From positions 124,231 through 188,230 of the IMG/VR virus record IMGVR_UViG_3300044611_002466: 64,000 bases of DNA; one strand, 5' to 3'. Of the stretch, positions 55,169 through 63,819 are shown in pieces. The notes beneath the pieces were generated by a model, which was not told where the DNA came from, did not search any database, and saw nothing but the letters and a program-made list of their open reading frames with translations. The translations under genes were made by a program, and so were the position numbers. Source of the DNA: a virus. Every line of letters starts with the position of its first letter. Positions within the stretch are counted from its first letter, which is position 1.

Positions 55169-55505
55169 GGCTGAACCCGGTAGTCCTCCCGTCGCCCCAA
55201 CATCTCATAACGATGAGGTCGGGACAGCCGAACGTCGTACACTTTCCGCTGCATCCGGGGAGCTGGCTCAAGAGGCGGTTCCTGTGCCGCTCTATGTGCG
55301 CCTGCATGGCGACTCTACGCTCCTGCAGGGTGTCTGCACCGAGACCTTCCTCGGTAAGCAGCAACACGACGAGCGACTCGCGGCTGCTGTCGCGAGACAC
55401 GTTCCCGAGCCCAGCAGCACGCGCCACCTGAACCAACTCGCTACGGTTCAGGCGGCCCAAGAACTGGTCGAGTTGTTCGTCGGGGTTAGGGTTGGACACG
55501 TGCAT
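55155..55505 (-). CDS. Rho-N/HeH-like domain protein with C-terminal Cys cluster
   Basis: LGRLNRSELVQVARAAGL...SRESLVVLL; GCSGKCTTFGC. Confidence 0.65.
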   Translation of the reverse strand: MHVSNPNPDEQLDQFLGRLNRSELVQVARAAGLGNVSRDSSRESLVVLLLTEEGLGADTLQERRVAMQAHIERHRNRLLSQLPGCSGKCTTFGCPDLIVMRCWGDGRTTGFSRDML

Positions 55506-56010
55506 CTCGCAGGTAAGTGGTCGGGATCCCGTACCTAAGCGGGTCCATCTCCTCCAGTATCATGTGCACCTCCGGCGCCCCAGTCGTGCTGACCATCTTG
55601 GCACCGTGACCCTCCCAGAAGAGGGAATCGTCGATACCGATGGCCTCGCTGAGACCATCTTCCAGGAGCTTACGTCTATTCGTGACGTCAACGCGCTTAT
55701 ACGCACTTTTCGTCGTTCCTTTAAGCCATCCCGCTGCGAGCAGCTCCTCCGCGGGGAAGACGAAGAAGAAGGACAATGCGTAGATCATCCAGGGCTTGTG
55801 CTCCTTTACGAACCTCTGCACCTCTACGAAGTGCTTGTCGTTGATGTGCCGCATGACCAGCTTCTTGTAGTCGACCGCCTCCTTGGTGTACCGGATGACG
55901 GCATGTCGCTTACCTCCGGCGTGAACGTATCCGATGTCTCGGATGGCGTTGTCCGACGGAGGCAGGACGTCGTAGGAGATGATCAAGCAGCGGGGAGACG
56001 CCGTCATCAT
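55486..56010 (-). CDS. rusA: RusA-family Holliday junction resolvase
   Basis: LPPSDN...; DVTNRRKLLEDGLSEAIGIDDS matches DxxNxxKxxxD...DD. Confidence 0.8.
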   Translation of the reverse strand: MMTASPRCLIISYDVLPPSDNAIRDIGYVHAGGKRHAVIRYTKEAVDYKKLVMRHINDKHFVEVQRFVKEHKPWMIYALSFFFVFPAEELLAAGWLKGTTKSAYKRVDVTNRRKLLEDGLSEAIGIDDSLFWEGHGAKMVSTTGAPEVHMILEEMDPLRYGIPTTYLRDARVQP

Positions 56011-56576
56011 ACACCTCGTCGACGGAACCTCTCGGCCCCCGGATGCGCGCTCGGGATCCTCTCGATGCTGCCGCCCCTGGAGCCCATGTCGAGATCCATG
56101 CGCTTCGTCTCGATGATGCGCGAGATGAACTTGATGTCGCGCGCCGCCCCCTCGGAGATCGTCGCGAGGAGCTCGTAGTAGGTCTTCGCCTCGATGTAGT
56201 TCGCGTTGGCCTCCACGTACCGGACATCAAGAGTGGTGAGATCTCCCTTCTCCTGCACCGTGCCGACCTTCGACTTTCGCACCGCAGCGAGCACGAGGTC
56301 GAGCTTCTCCTTCGAGGAGAGCATCTCCGCGCGCGCCAGGACCGCCTGGCTGGTCGTGTAGTCGGTATACGCCACGTGCAGGGCGTAGTACTCGCCGATC
56401 TCGGTGGGAGAGAGTGACGGGAGGTTGAGCGGTATCTTCCCGTCGTACGAATGACCGCCCGGCATGAGCGGGGGTTCAGACCGCAGAGAAAGGCCAGTCC
56501 GGTGGAGTGCTCGAAGCGCTCTCTCTTCGGCGACGTCATAGCGGTCAAGTCCGTCCTCGAGACTGGTGGACATCAT
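56007..56576 (-). CDS. helical protein, possible UvsY-like recombination mediator
   Basis: Long amphipathic helices; context next to RecA and nucleases. Confidence 0.45.
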   Translation of the reverse strand: MMSTSLEDGLDRYDVAEERALRALHRTGLSLRSEPPLMPGGHSYDGKIPLNLPSLSPTEIGEYYALHVAYTDYTTSQAVLARAEMLSSKEKLDLVLAAVRKSKVGTVQEKGDLTTLDVRYVEANANYIEAKTYYELLATISEGAARDIKFISRIIETKRMDLDMGSRGGSIERIPSAHPGAERFRRRGV

Positions 56577-56610
56577 GTCGCCCGTCCCAGACCTTGCGTC
56601 CCTGGACATG

Positions 56611-57483
56611 TCAGCGCCGTCCCACGAGGAACGCCTTGCCGCCCTTCTTGTCCAGGCGCTGCGGGCAGTCCGTCAGGTAGTGACATTCCGAGCACTCTGC
56701 CGGAGAGGCATCCGCGATGGGGAGGACCCCGCTCTCCAGAGCCTCGTTCACACGCGACCCCTTGGTGCGCGCCCAGCGGCTGAACACGGAGGGATCGTAG
56801 ACCTCGACGTACTCCTTGATGTCGTACGGCCAGTCCTTCGAGATGTACAGGTACACCGTGAAGGGGACATCGAGGGCCGTCGCGTACAGTCCGCCGGCCT
56901 GGATTCGGTGGTCTCCCTTGGGCTCCTTCAAGCCAGGAAAGTCCGAAGACCCGACGGTCTTGATCTCGAGGACCGCGCGTACCTTCGGCAGCGTGAGGAG
57001 TCCGTCGGTGTTCCCCGCCACCAGCGTGCCGAGCTCGATGCGCTTCTCGTCCTCGAACGCGGACCCGAAGTCCTCCCGCAGGATCTCCTGCACGATGTCG
57101 TGGACGGCATGTCCGATCGCGAAGGTGATCATCAGGGGCGGCTTGAACAGGCTCCGCGGCGCGTACTCCCCCGTCACGTCGTAGTACAGGCGGAGGACGC
57201 ACTTGTCGGAGGACGAAGGGTGAATGACACCGATCGTCCGCGGCTTCTTGCGCTTCAACACGCCGGTGCCGCTGCAGTGGCTGCACGGCGCCTGCTCCGC
57301 CTCGATGGCCGCGAGCTCGGCCAAGTACTTCTCCCTGGTGAGGCCGACCGCCGTGGCCCGCCGCTTGAGGCCGGCGAGGACACGCTCACGCAGCTTCAGA
57401 CTCTCCCCCGCCTCTTTGATCGCGCGTTCCGACGCTCCCTTGAGATCGTCGATGCTGTGAAAGACTCCGCTATGACCGCTCAT
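56611..57483 (-). CDS. Cas4-like PD-(D/E)XK exonuclease
   Basis: HPSS..KC, GHAVH, GNTDG, LEIKT, HRIQ...Y and C-terminal CxxCxYxxxC. Confidence 0.85.
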   Translation of the reverse strand: MSGHSGVFHSIDDLKGASERAIKEAGESLKLRERVLAGLKRRATAVGLTREKYLAELAAIEAEQAPCSHCSGTGVLKRKKPRTIGVIHPSSSDKCVLRLYYDVTGEYAPRSLFKPPLMITFAIGHAVHDIVQEILREDFGSAFEDEKRIELGTLVAGNTDGLLTLPKVRAVLEIKTVGSSDFPGLKEPKGDHRIQAGGLYATALDVPFTVYLYISKDWPYDIKEYVEVYDPSVFSRWARTKGSRVNEALESGVLPIADASPAECSECHYLTDCPQRLDKKGGKAFLVGRR

Positions 57484-57935
57484 GCACCTCTCCTGAAGCT
57501 GGCGAGAAGCAGGTCGAACCAGTCTCCTGGCACGACAACGTACTGCTCTCGCAGGTTGTCCTCGAACGAGATCCTCATGACCGGGATCTCGTCTCCCTGT
57601 GCGGCGGCCGCGACCTTCCGGAGGTCCGCGCGTTGTAGCACAAACGATGCACGCACGGTGGTTTTGTCTTCCTCCCGAAGGACACCGCGGATCTTGATGT
57701 CTCCCTTGTCCCGCCCAGCACCAGAGTTGGCGGTGAGCTCGCCACCGAGACCGCGGGCGTTGAACCGCTCTTGGCGGCTCGACCTCCCGCGTGTCGTCTC
57801 GCGCTTGGGCAGGCGCTTCCTCTCGTGAGAGTCGCCGAACTGGATGAGGCACGCCTTACAGACGTAGCCTCGTCCAGTCGGCGCCTCCGACACGCCGACC
57901 CGCAGCGTGCACTGCGGGCACATCGGAACACGCAC
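57480..57935 (-). CDS. Hjc-like PD-(D/E)XK resolvase with N-terminal Zn ribbon
   Basis: CPQC...CKAC; QERFNA...NSGAG..KGDI...EEDKTT. Confidence 0.75.
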   Translation of the reverse strand: MRVPMCPQCTLRVGVSEAPTGRGYVCKACLIQFGDSHERKRLPKRETTRGRSSRQERFNARGLGGELTANSGAGRDKGDIKIRGVLREEDKTTVRASFVLQRADLRKVAAAAQGDEIPVMRISFEDNLREQYVVVPGDWFDLLLASFRRGA

Positions 57936-59141
57936 TCAGGGCACCAACACCACGCCCGCGGCGTGAAGAACCGCGTCTGTGACCTCTCCGATCAGGTCAG
58001 CCATCAACAACCCAGCCGCGGCCTTCTCCATGCCGTTGCCCAGGATGAGGCCGCAGTAGGAGTACGAGTTCGCGTTCTTGTCGATGACGTTGTACTCCAC
58101 CCCGAGACGGAGCAGGAGCTCTCCCATGTCCAGGTCGCACGCCTCGAACATGTAGTTGTACTGCCCCGACCAGCCCTCGTAGCCCCCGGCCTTCTGCTTG
58201 CTGATCACCCACTTCATGACTTTGCCCAGGCGCTCTCGGTCCTTCCCCACGCCCTTCGTGATCCACTCCGTGCGCTGGAGCTCCACGGTGAGGAACCGGG
58301 CGTGCTTCAGAGCCCAGCCACCGGACTCGTGCGTCTGCTTCTCGAAGGGCTGCGCCTTCATCTTGTCGCGCACCTGGTTGATGCCGACGAAGCAGGTGAG
58401 GTTCGGGTTGCCTCGATCATCCGAGCCGTACGCGCCGGTGAGCTTCCGCATCAGCTTCGTGTTGAGCCCGGCGGGTCCGCCCACCCGACTGTCCTTGTCG
58501 AAGCCCTGGTCCTCCTCGGCGTCCGTCAGGATGGACCCGAAGGAGTCGAGCGCGACGATGTTGAACTCGGCGCTGGCCACGAGGTCGACCGCCAGCTCGA
58601 ACGACTCCTCCGCCGTGCTGGGCGGCACGACCACGAAGTTCCCTACCTGCTCCCGACAGGCAGCTCGCTCGGCGGGCGAAAGCGGGGGCTGCTGCAGCTC
58701 CTTGCGACGTTTGTCCTCCTGCTCGATCTCTGCGTCCGACATCGCGACCTTCACGCCACACAGATGCCCCTGCGTCTTGTCGTAGGGGAGCTCCGTGCCG
58801 ATGACGGCAATGGCACAGTCATCGCCATAGATGCGCTGCTGCACGCGGATGAGGCGGTTGAGCAAGAAGTTCTTGCCCTCGCCCGGCTTCCCCACGAGCA
58901 TCGTCATGCCGCCGGCTGGCGCTCCACCGTTGGTGGCGATGTCGAGGTCCGGGATGTCGAAGGACAGGCGCCGCATGGCCCAGGGCATCGTGTACTCGCG
59001 GCCCATCATCACATGGCCGGGGTACCTCCCCTTCAGCGTGCTGACCAGCGCCTGTACCCGATCCCACTTGGCGGAGCGGGGGACGACGGGATCGCCGCCC
59101 GCCTTCTCAGCGCCGACTTTGCGTCGAGGAGCCACGCCCAC
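57936..59141 (-). CDS. recA: RecA/UvsX recombinase
   Basis: LDIATNGG, Walker A GKPGEGKN, Walker B VALDS, INQVRDK, SGGWALKH. Confidence 0.9.
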   Translation of the reverse strand: MGVAPRRKVGAEKAGGDPVVPRSAKWDRVQALVSTLKGRYPGHVMMGREYTMPWAMRRLSFDIPDLDIATNGGAPAGGMTMLVGKPGEGKNFLLNRLIRVQQRIYGDDCAIAVIGTELPYDKTQGHLCGVKVAMSDAEIEQEDKRRKELQQPPLSPAERAACREQVGNFVVVPPSTAEESFELAVDLVASAEFNIVALDSFGSILTDAEEDQGFDKDSRVGGPAGLNTKLMRKLTGAYGSDDRGNPNLTCFVGINQVRDKMKAQPFEKQTHESGGWALKHARFLTVELQRTEWITKGVGKDRERLGKVMKWVISKQKAGGYEGWSGQYNYMFEACDLDMGELLLRLGVEYNVIDKNANSYSYCGLILGNGMEKAAAGLLMADLIGEVTDAVLHAAGVVLVP

Positions 59142-59316
59142 CTCCTTCCTTCTTGGCTTCCCAGGGCTCGCTGCCGCACTGGGGGCAGTTCGGGGTGAGC
59201 CCGTTGTAGTTGACGTGCCCGGAGCCGCACTGGGGGCACGGACGCCCCCTCATACTGGCGATCTTGTCGAGCTCCGTGTCGAGCACGACGGCGTTCTTCT
59301 CCATGACCTTCTCCAT
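59107..59316 (-). CDS. small double-CxxC Zn ribbon protein
   Basis: CPQCG...CPQCG; preceded by GATGTGAGTACAA. Confidence 0.7.
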   Translation of the reverse strand: MEKVMEKNAVVLDTELDKIASMRGRPCPQCGSGHVNYNGLTPNCPQCGSEPWEAKKEGGGRGSSTQSRR

Positions 59317-59323
59317 GACCGAG

Positions 59324-59336
59324 TTGTACTCACATC
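59324..59336 (-). promoter_or_regulatory. GATGTGAGTACAA motif
   Basis: Exact 13-mer match to 4511 and 11946; 7 nt before the ATG at 59316. Confidence 0.6.
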
Positions 59337-59341
59337 ACCGC

Positions 59342-59641
59342 TTAACCGGGTAGCGGCACCCCTGAGAGCTGCCTACGCAGGGATCTCACAGGACGCACAC
59401 CGAGGATGATCCTCGATACCACCCGATCCTGCGTGTTACCATCCACACGCTTCCATGGGCGCGAGACGTAGCTGCGCCGGGTGGGCACGATGCGGAAGAG
59501 ACCGCGGAACACGACCTCCCCCTGCTGCACCAACTCGTCTCGCACGACCACCCCCAGGGCATCGAGGATGTGCGCCACCACGTCGGGGCGATACCCGGTC
59601 TGCTCCGCGATCTTGTCTCGCATCCCCGCGTGCGTGAGCAT
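59342..59641 (-). CDS. HU/IHF-like DNA-binding protein
   Basis: KIAEQTGY...VAHILDAL..VV.DEL...GEVVFRGLFRI...VRPVRSLR. Confidence 0.8.
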   Translation of the reverse strand: MLTHAGMRDKIAEQTGYRPDVVAHILDALGVVVRDELVQQGEVVFRGLFRIVPTRRSYVSRPWKRVDGNTQDRVVSRIILGVRPVRSLRRQLSGVPLPG

Positions 59642-60054
59642 CAGGTACTCCCAGGGCGCGCGGAGGCGACCGACAGCGCCACGCGGTCGACGACCTTCTT
59701 CACAGCCGCCGCCAGCGCGGTAGGCGCCTGCGTGTCGACGATCTTGTCGATGTGCGGAGGCTGGAAGTACCGACGGAGAGACTCTTCGACGGCTGTCTTC
59801 AGCGGCTCCGCGTACTTCTCGTTGAAGAGCTTGCGGACGTGGTCCCGGAGTCCCTGCTCAATCTCGGTCCGCAAGTTGTATTCAAGGGACGTACCCACGG
59901 AGGTCTTGAGGCCCTCAAGCATGTGGGTGATCGCCTTCTCCCGCAGGGCACGCCGCTCCTCCAGGCTCAGGTCTCCGATGATCTCCTTGACGAGCCTGCG
60001 CTCGACGTCCGCGGAGATGAGGGCGGCGACCGCCTCGAGTCGTTCGTTGTCCAT
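59641..60054 (-). CDS. helical hypothetical protein, 137 aa
   Basis: Stop overlaps the HU start; AAGG RBS. Confidence 0.75.
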   Translation of the reverse strand: MDNERLEAVAALISADVERRLVKEIIGDLSLEERRALREKAITHMLEGLKTSVGTSLEYNLRTEIEQGLRDHVRKLFNEKYAEPLKTAVEESLRRYFQPPHIDKIVDTQAPTALAAAVKKVVDRVALSVASARPGST

Positions 60055-60069
60055 GTCGTTGCCTTGCCT

Positions 60070-60924
60070 TCAGCGGGTGGGGTGTTTGGGGCAGCGCCCG
60101 CGGATGCTCGGCCCTGGGGGCAGGCCGCTGCAGATGCAGCGGTCACGGAGATCCGACTCCGCAACGTACACAGAAAGGTGGCCGTACAGCTCCACGCAGT
60201 AGCTCGCGACCCCCTGATTCCAGCAGCGAAGGCTGCTGCGCTCCTCCGGGGAGGCCGCGAGCAGTATGGCAATCGCCACCTCCGTCGGGCCCTGATCTGA
60301 CGACTCCAGCACCTTCCGCTCGGCCGGCAAGTCGCGCTCGTCGAAGCGCGCCGTCTCGTACTTCTGAGGGTATCGAGTCTTGAGCTTCTCGATGTTGCGC
60401 TCCATCACGAGCTGCCGGGACATGCCGAACGAGCGGCACAAGTCGCCGACCGACGCCCAAATGTCCTCCAGCGCCACCCATACCTGCGCAGGGTTGGGGT
60501 CCCTGTTGTGGATCGCGTACCTACGCACGAGATCGCCCCACCGACAGATCGCCCCGATGAGACGCCGCTCGGTCTCGAATGCTGGTAGAAGCAGCTGCTC
60601 GTCTCTCTCCTGAATCCGATCGGGCTCGAAGTCCAGGGCCTTGATGGCGACGGCCCAGTACCAGAGGACGTCTCCGAGCTCCTCCAAGACCGCCACACGG
60701 TCCACCTTCTCAATGGCGTCCTGGAGCTCGACGATCTCGGTCGCCATCCCCAGCGCGCTGTGCAGAAGTCGAACCTTCCGCGCACCGACGATGGCGGCGA
60801 CATTGGTGGAGTACTGGGCCGCGGCACCGCCACCGCCGTCCTCCAGCGTGAAGGAGGTACGGACCTCGGCGACGGGCAGGTACTCGGTACGAGCCGCGCT
60901 ATCGACGTAGTCCTTGATGTTCAT
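60070..60924 (-). CDS. mazG: MazG-like NTP pyrophosphohydrolase with a degenerate second repeat and Cys-rich tail
   Basis: LGMATEIVEL...LEELGDVLWY; NIEKLKTRYP. Confidence 0.8.
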   Translation of the reverse strand: MNIKDYVDSAARTEYLPVAEVRTSFTLEDGGGGAAAQYSTNVAAIVGARKVRLLHSALGMATEIVELQDAIEKVDRVAVLEELGDVLWYWAVAIKALDFEPDRIQERDEQLLLPAFETERRLIGAICRWGDLVRRYAIHNRDPNPAQVWVALEDIWASVGDLCRSFGMSRQLVMERNIEKLKTRYPQKYETARFDERDLPAERKVLESSDQGPTEVAIAILLAASPEERSSLRCWNQGVASYCVELYGHLSVYVAESDLRDRCICSGLPPGPSIRGRCPKHPTR

Positions 60925-61277
60925 GGCTCTTCCGGGGGTGCGTAGGGGGTGAATCCGGGCCGGGACGTGCGCGGGTCCGGACCACGGCCGAGGAGGAAGT
61001 TGAACATCTGCAAGTACCAGGCCGCCTTCCGAGCGTCCTCATCGCCGGGTCCCTTGAGCCCCTCACGGTCCTGGTACTTGAATGCGCAGGCCATGCAGTG
61101 GACGGCGAATGCCGCATCCGCGACACTACACCCGGATGCGGTGGCCTCCGCGAACCAAGCCCCCGCGCGGTCGCGGATCCGATCGATCGTCTCCCGCCCC
61201 GCCGCGCTGTAGCGCAGCGGGGCGACGACGAAGCCCGTGTTGTCGTCGCCCCCGGGGGACTCTACCTGCTCTCCCAT
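60921..61277 (-). CDS. DUF3310-like protein
   Basis: RY...ETID...AFKY..R.GLKG..DED.RKAAWYL. Confidence 0.75.
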   Translation of the reverse strand: MGEQVESPGGDDNTGFVVAPLRYSAAGRETIDRIRDRAGAWFAEATASGCSVADAAFAVHCMACAFKYQDREGLKGPGDEDARKAAWYLQMFNFLLGRGPDPRTSRPGFTPYAPPEEP

Positions 61278-63802
61278 TAGCCCTTCCCCTCGCCCCAGTT
61301 GGGGGCGTCGTTGATGTCGATGAGGATGGGAACCCGCATGGGGAACGGGTTTTCCATCAGGAGCTTGACCCGCTTCTTCACGGCGGTGACGACCTCTGGG
61401 ATGTCTGGGACCTCCCAGATCAACTCGTCGTGCACCTGCATAAGCATGCGCGCTCCAAGCCTACGAAGCTCGGCGTCGCCCTCACACTTGGTCATCGCTG
61501 CGTTGCAGATGTCCGCGGCGGAGCCCTGGATGCGACTGTTCGGTGCCTGCCGGTCCGCCTGGGACGACTTCATTCGGTCGTTGGAGATGATCTCCGGCAG
61601 GCGGCGCGGGTGGCCGATGACCGTGTAGACCGCGAGGTCCTGACGGCACCGCTCGCGCGTCTGCTCGATGAACCGCCCGATGCCCGGGAAGATCGTCCAG
61701 AGGTACCGATCGATCAGGTCCTGCGCCTCGGGGCAGGAGTCGCGCAGCTGCCCGTCGCGTCCCTTGCGCTTGACGATGGGGAGCCCCAGCTGCATCCCCA
61801 GCTTCAGGGCACCGATGCCGTACACGATGCCGAAGCCGGTGCTCTTCAGCGCCTTTCGAGCGTCGATGAGCGCCTCTTCCTCGTCGGTAGGGGCTCGGCC
61901 CTTGCCCTCTTCGTGGGCCGATGCGACGTCCTTCGCCGCCTTGGCCATGGCGTAGGTGATGCCGGGCGGCAGTCCCGCCGCGCCCAGGGCCGACGCGAGC
62001 TCCACGGTCTTGCAGTGCAAGTCCTGCTTCGCGCGGATGGCGTCGATCATCGCCTCGTCTTCGCTGAAGTGGGCGAGGATGCACATCTCCAGCTGCTTGA
62101 AGTCGGCCACCACCAGGCGCATGGGGAAGTCAGGCGGGAGGTCCGGCACCGGCACATTCCTCAGATGAGGGAGGCAGATGTCCGGGTTGCAGTCTCCCCA
62201 CTTCCCGGCGATGAACAGCCGTCGGATGAGCTTCCCCCACTTCCCCTTGGCCGGGATGTTCTGCAGGTTCGGATCGTAGGAGGCGAGGCGCCAAGTACGC
62301 GCGCCGCCGGCGTTGAGGGAGGTGTGGATCCGCTGAAGACGGTCGACCCACTGCGGAAGCCCGACCATGTAGTCGCCGTGCAGCTTCCTGAACTTCCGGT
62401 GCTCGAGGATGAGCGTGGAGAGCTTGTGGCCCTTGCCAGCGAAGTTCTCCAAGACCTCGGCGTCTGTACTGGGCTCTTTGATGCCGGTGGCCCCTCCAGA
62501 GGTCATCTTCTTCGGAGTGTCGCCGAACGGGTCGAACCACCGCCCGCCCGCGTCCTGCTCGAACAGCTTCGCGCGGAGCTGGTCCGCGCTCTGCGGATTG
62601 AAGTGCAGGTCCCCCGTCTCCGTGACCACCTCTTTCTCGATACGGTCGAGCTCCCGCCGCATGTCGACCGCGTACGCGTGAGTCTGCTCCACGTCGATCG
62701 CGAATCCACGCCGTTCGAGGTTCCAGAGGATTCGCTGGAAGGGGACGCGGATGTCCTCGTAGTGCCAGAGCAGCATCTCGGGCTTCGCGCCGCGCTCCAC
62801 GGCCTCCGTGATCATCTCCATGCCGGGCTCCGCCAGCATCTCACGCATCCGAGGGACCAACGAGTAGGACGCCCAGCTGTCGAGACTGGCGTAGTCGCAC
62901 ACGCCCTCCCGAAGAGCCTCCACGGGATTCTCAGGGATACCCGTCCGGGCCAGGAGGTTGTCGTAGACCACCTGCGTCACCTCGCGCAGACAGACCTCCT
63001 TCTCGGTCAGAGCGATGAAGTCCTTCCGCTCGCGCGGAGGAACAGCCTGACCCCCGAGCAGCTGCATGAACTCGGACACGTGCCGGTGCACACCGCTGTC
63101 CTGCTCCACCACCCCGAACTGCTCCGCGATGGCGATCACCTGCCGGGCAGAGAGGGTGCACTGCAGCGCGCGCAGAGAGAGATGAAGGCGCCGCACCCCC
63201 TCGAGGACCGCAGGGTCTCCGGAGACGCGCTTGAGCCGGAGGAGCACGTCACGACCGGCCCGCTGAGCCGCTTCGACGGCGCCCATGTGGTCGTGCATCT
63301 CAAGGATGTCGTGGATCTCGCACATCGTGCGGACCTCCTCGTCCTTGACCCCCGCAGCACCGAACACCTCCTTGAACGGAGACATGCGCAGGCCCAAGTA
63401 CGTCTGAGCGCAGTCCTTCAGGCCGTGACGTCCCTGACGGTTCTCGTCGATACAGAAGTCCATGTCGACGGTGTCGACGATGTGCCCGCCGAGCAGGATG
63501 CCGTGGTTGGCCAGCAGATGACTGTCGTACTTCGCGTTCGACAGGCGCTTCTCCGTGTACGGGTCCTCCAGCAGCCCCTTAAAGATGGGCAGCAGGCGGA
63601 CCGGAGCGCAGATCCTGGCGTGTTGGATGGCGAGGGAGAAGAAGCGGACTCGGTCCCGAATGATGTCGAGTCCGGTGGTCTCGGTGTCGACGCCGAGGCC
63701 CTGCTGCGGGGCCGCATCCTCAAAGATGACCCTCCATTGATGGGCCTGTTCCTCCGTGCGAACGTAGACTGGGATGGGGGTACGAACAAAGTCGAAACGC
63801 AT
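61277..63802 (-). CDS. polA: family A DNA polymerase (3'-5' exonuclease plus polymerase, no 5'-3' exonuclease)
   Basis: ExoI DTETTG, ExoII NAKYD, ExoIII DYASLD; NLQNIP; motif A ADFKQLE; motif B RKALKSTGFGIVYG; motif C QVHDEL. Confidence 0.95.
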   Translation of the reverse strand: MRFDFVRTPIPVYVRTEEQAHQWRVIFEDAAPQQGLGVDTETTGLDIIRDRVRFFSLAIQHARICAPVRLLPIFKGLLEDPYTEKRLSNAKYDSHLLANHGILLGGHIVDTVDMDFCIDENRQGRHGLKDCAQTYLGLRMSPFKEVFGAAGVKDEEVRTMCEIHDILEMHDHMGAVEAAQRAGRDVLLRLKRVSGDPAVLEGVRRLHLSLRALQCTLSARQVIAIAEQFGVVEQDSGVHRHVSEFMQLLGGQAVPPRERKDFIALTEKEVCLREVTQVVYDNLLARTGIPENPVEALREGVCDYASLDSWASYSLVPRMREMLAEPGMEMITEAVERGAKPEMLLWHYEDIRVPFQRILWNLERRGFAIDVEQTHAYAVDMRRELDRIEKEVVTETGDLHFNPQSADQLRAKLFEQDAGGRWFDPFGDTPKKMTSGGATGIKEPSTDAEVLENFAGKGHKLSTLILEHRKFRKLHGDYMVGLPQWVDRLQRIHTSLNAGGARTWRLASYDPNLQNIPAKGKWGKLIRRLFIAGKWGDCNPDICLPHLRNVPVPDLPPDFPMRLVVADFKQLEMCILAHFSEDEAMIDAIRAKQDLHCKTVELASALGAAGLPPGITYAMAKAAKDVASAHEEGKGRAPTDEEEALIDARKALKSTGFGIVYGIGALKLGMQLGLPIVKRKGRDGQLRDSCPEAQDLIDRYLWTIFPGIGRFIEQTRERCRQDLAVYTVIGHPRRLPEIISNDRMKSSQADRQAPNSRIQGSAADICNAAMTKCEGDAELRRLGARMLMQVHDELIWEVPDIPEVVTAVKKRVKLLMENPFPMRVPILIDINDAPNWGEGKG

Positions 63803-63819
63803 GCGAACACCTCCGCCGC

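Noticed and set aside
4319-59316. Abundance of small Zn-ribbon proteins as a distinct system
   Set aside because: They are scattered, have different Cys spacings and are common in large phages; no shared context
62905-63360. Intein in the DNA polymerase
   Set aside because: No splicing-junction residues or homing endonuclease motifs
60070-63802. 2-aminoadenine (Z-genome) system suggested by MazG next to a family A polymerase
   Set aside because: No PurZ or DatZ-like gene in the window, and no diagnostic DpoZ features could be established by eye
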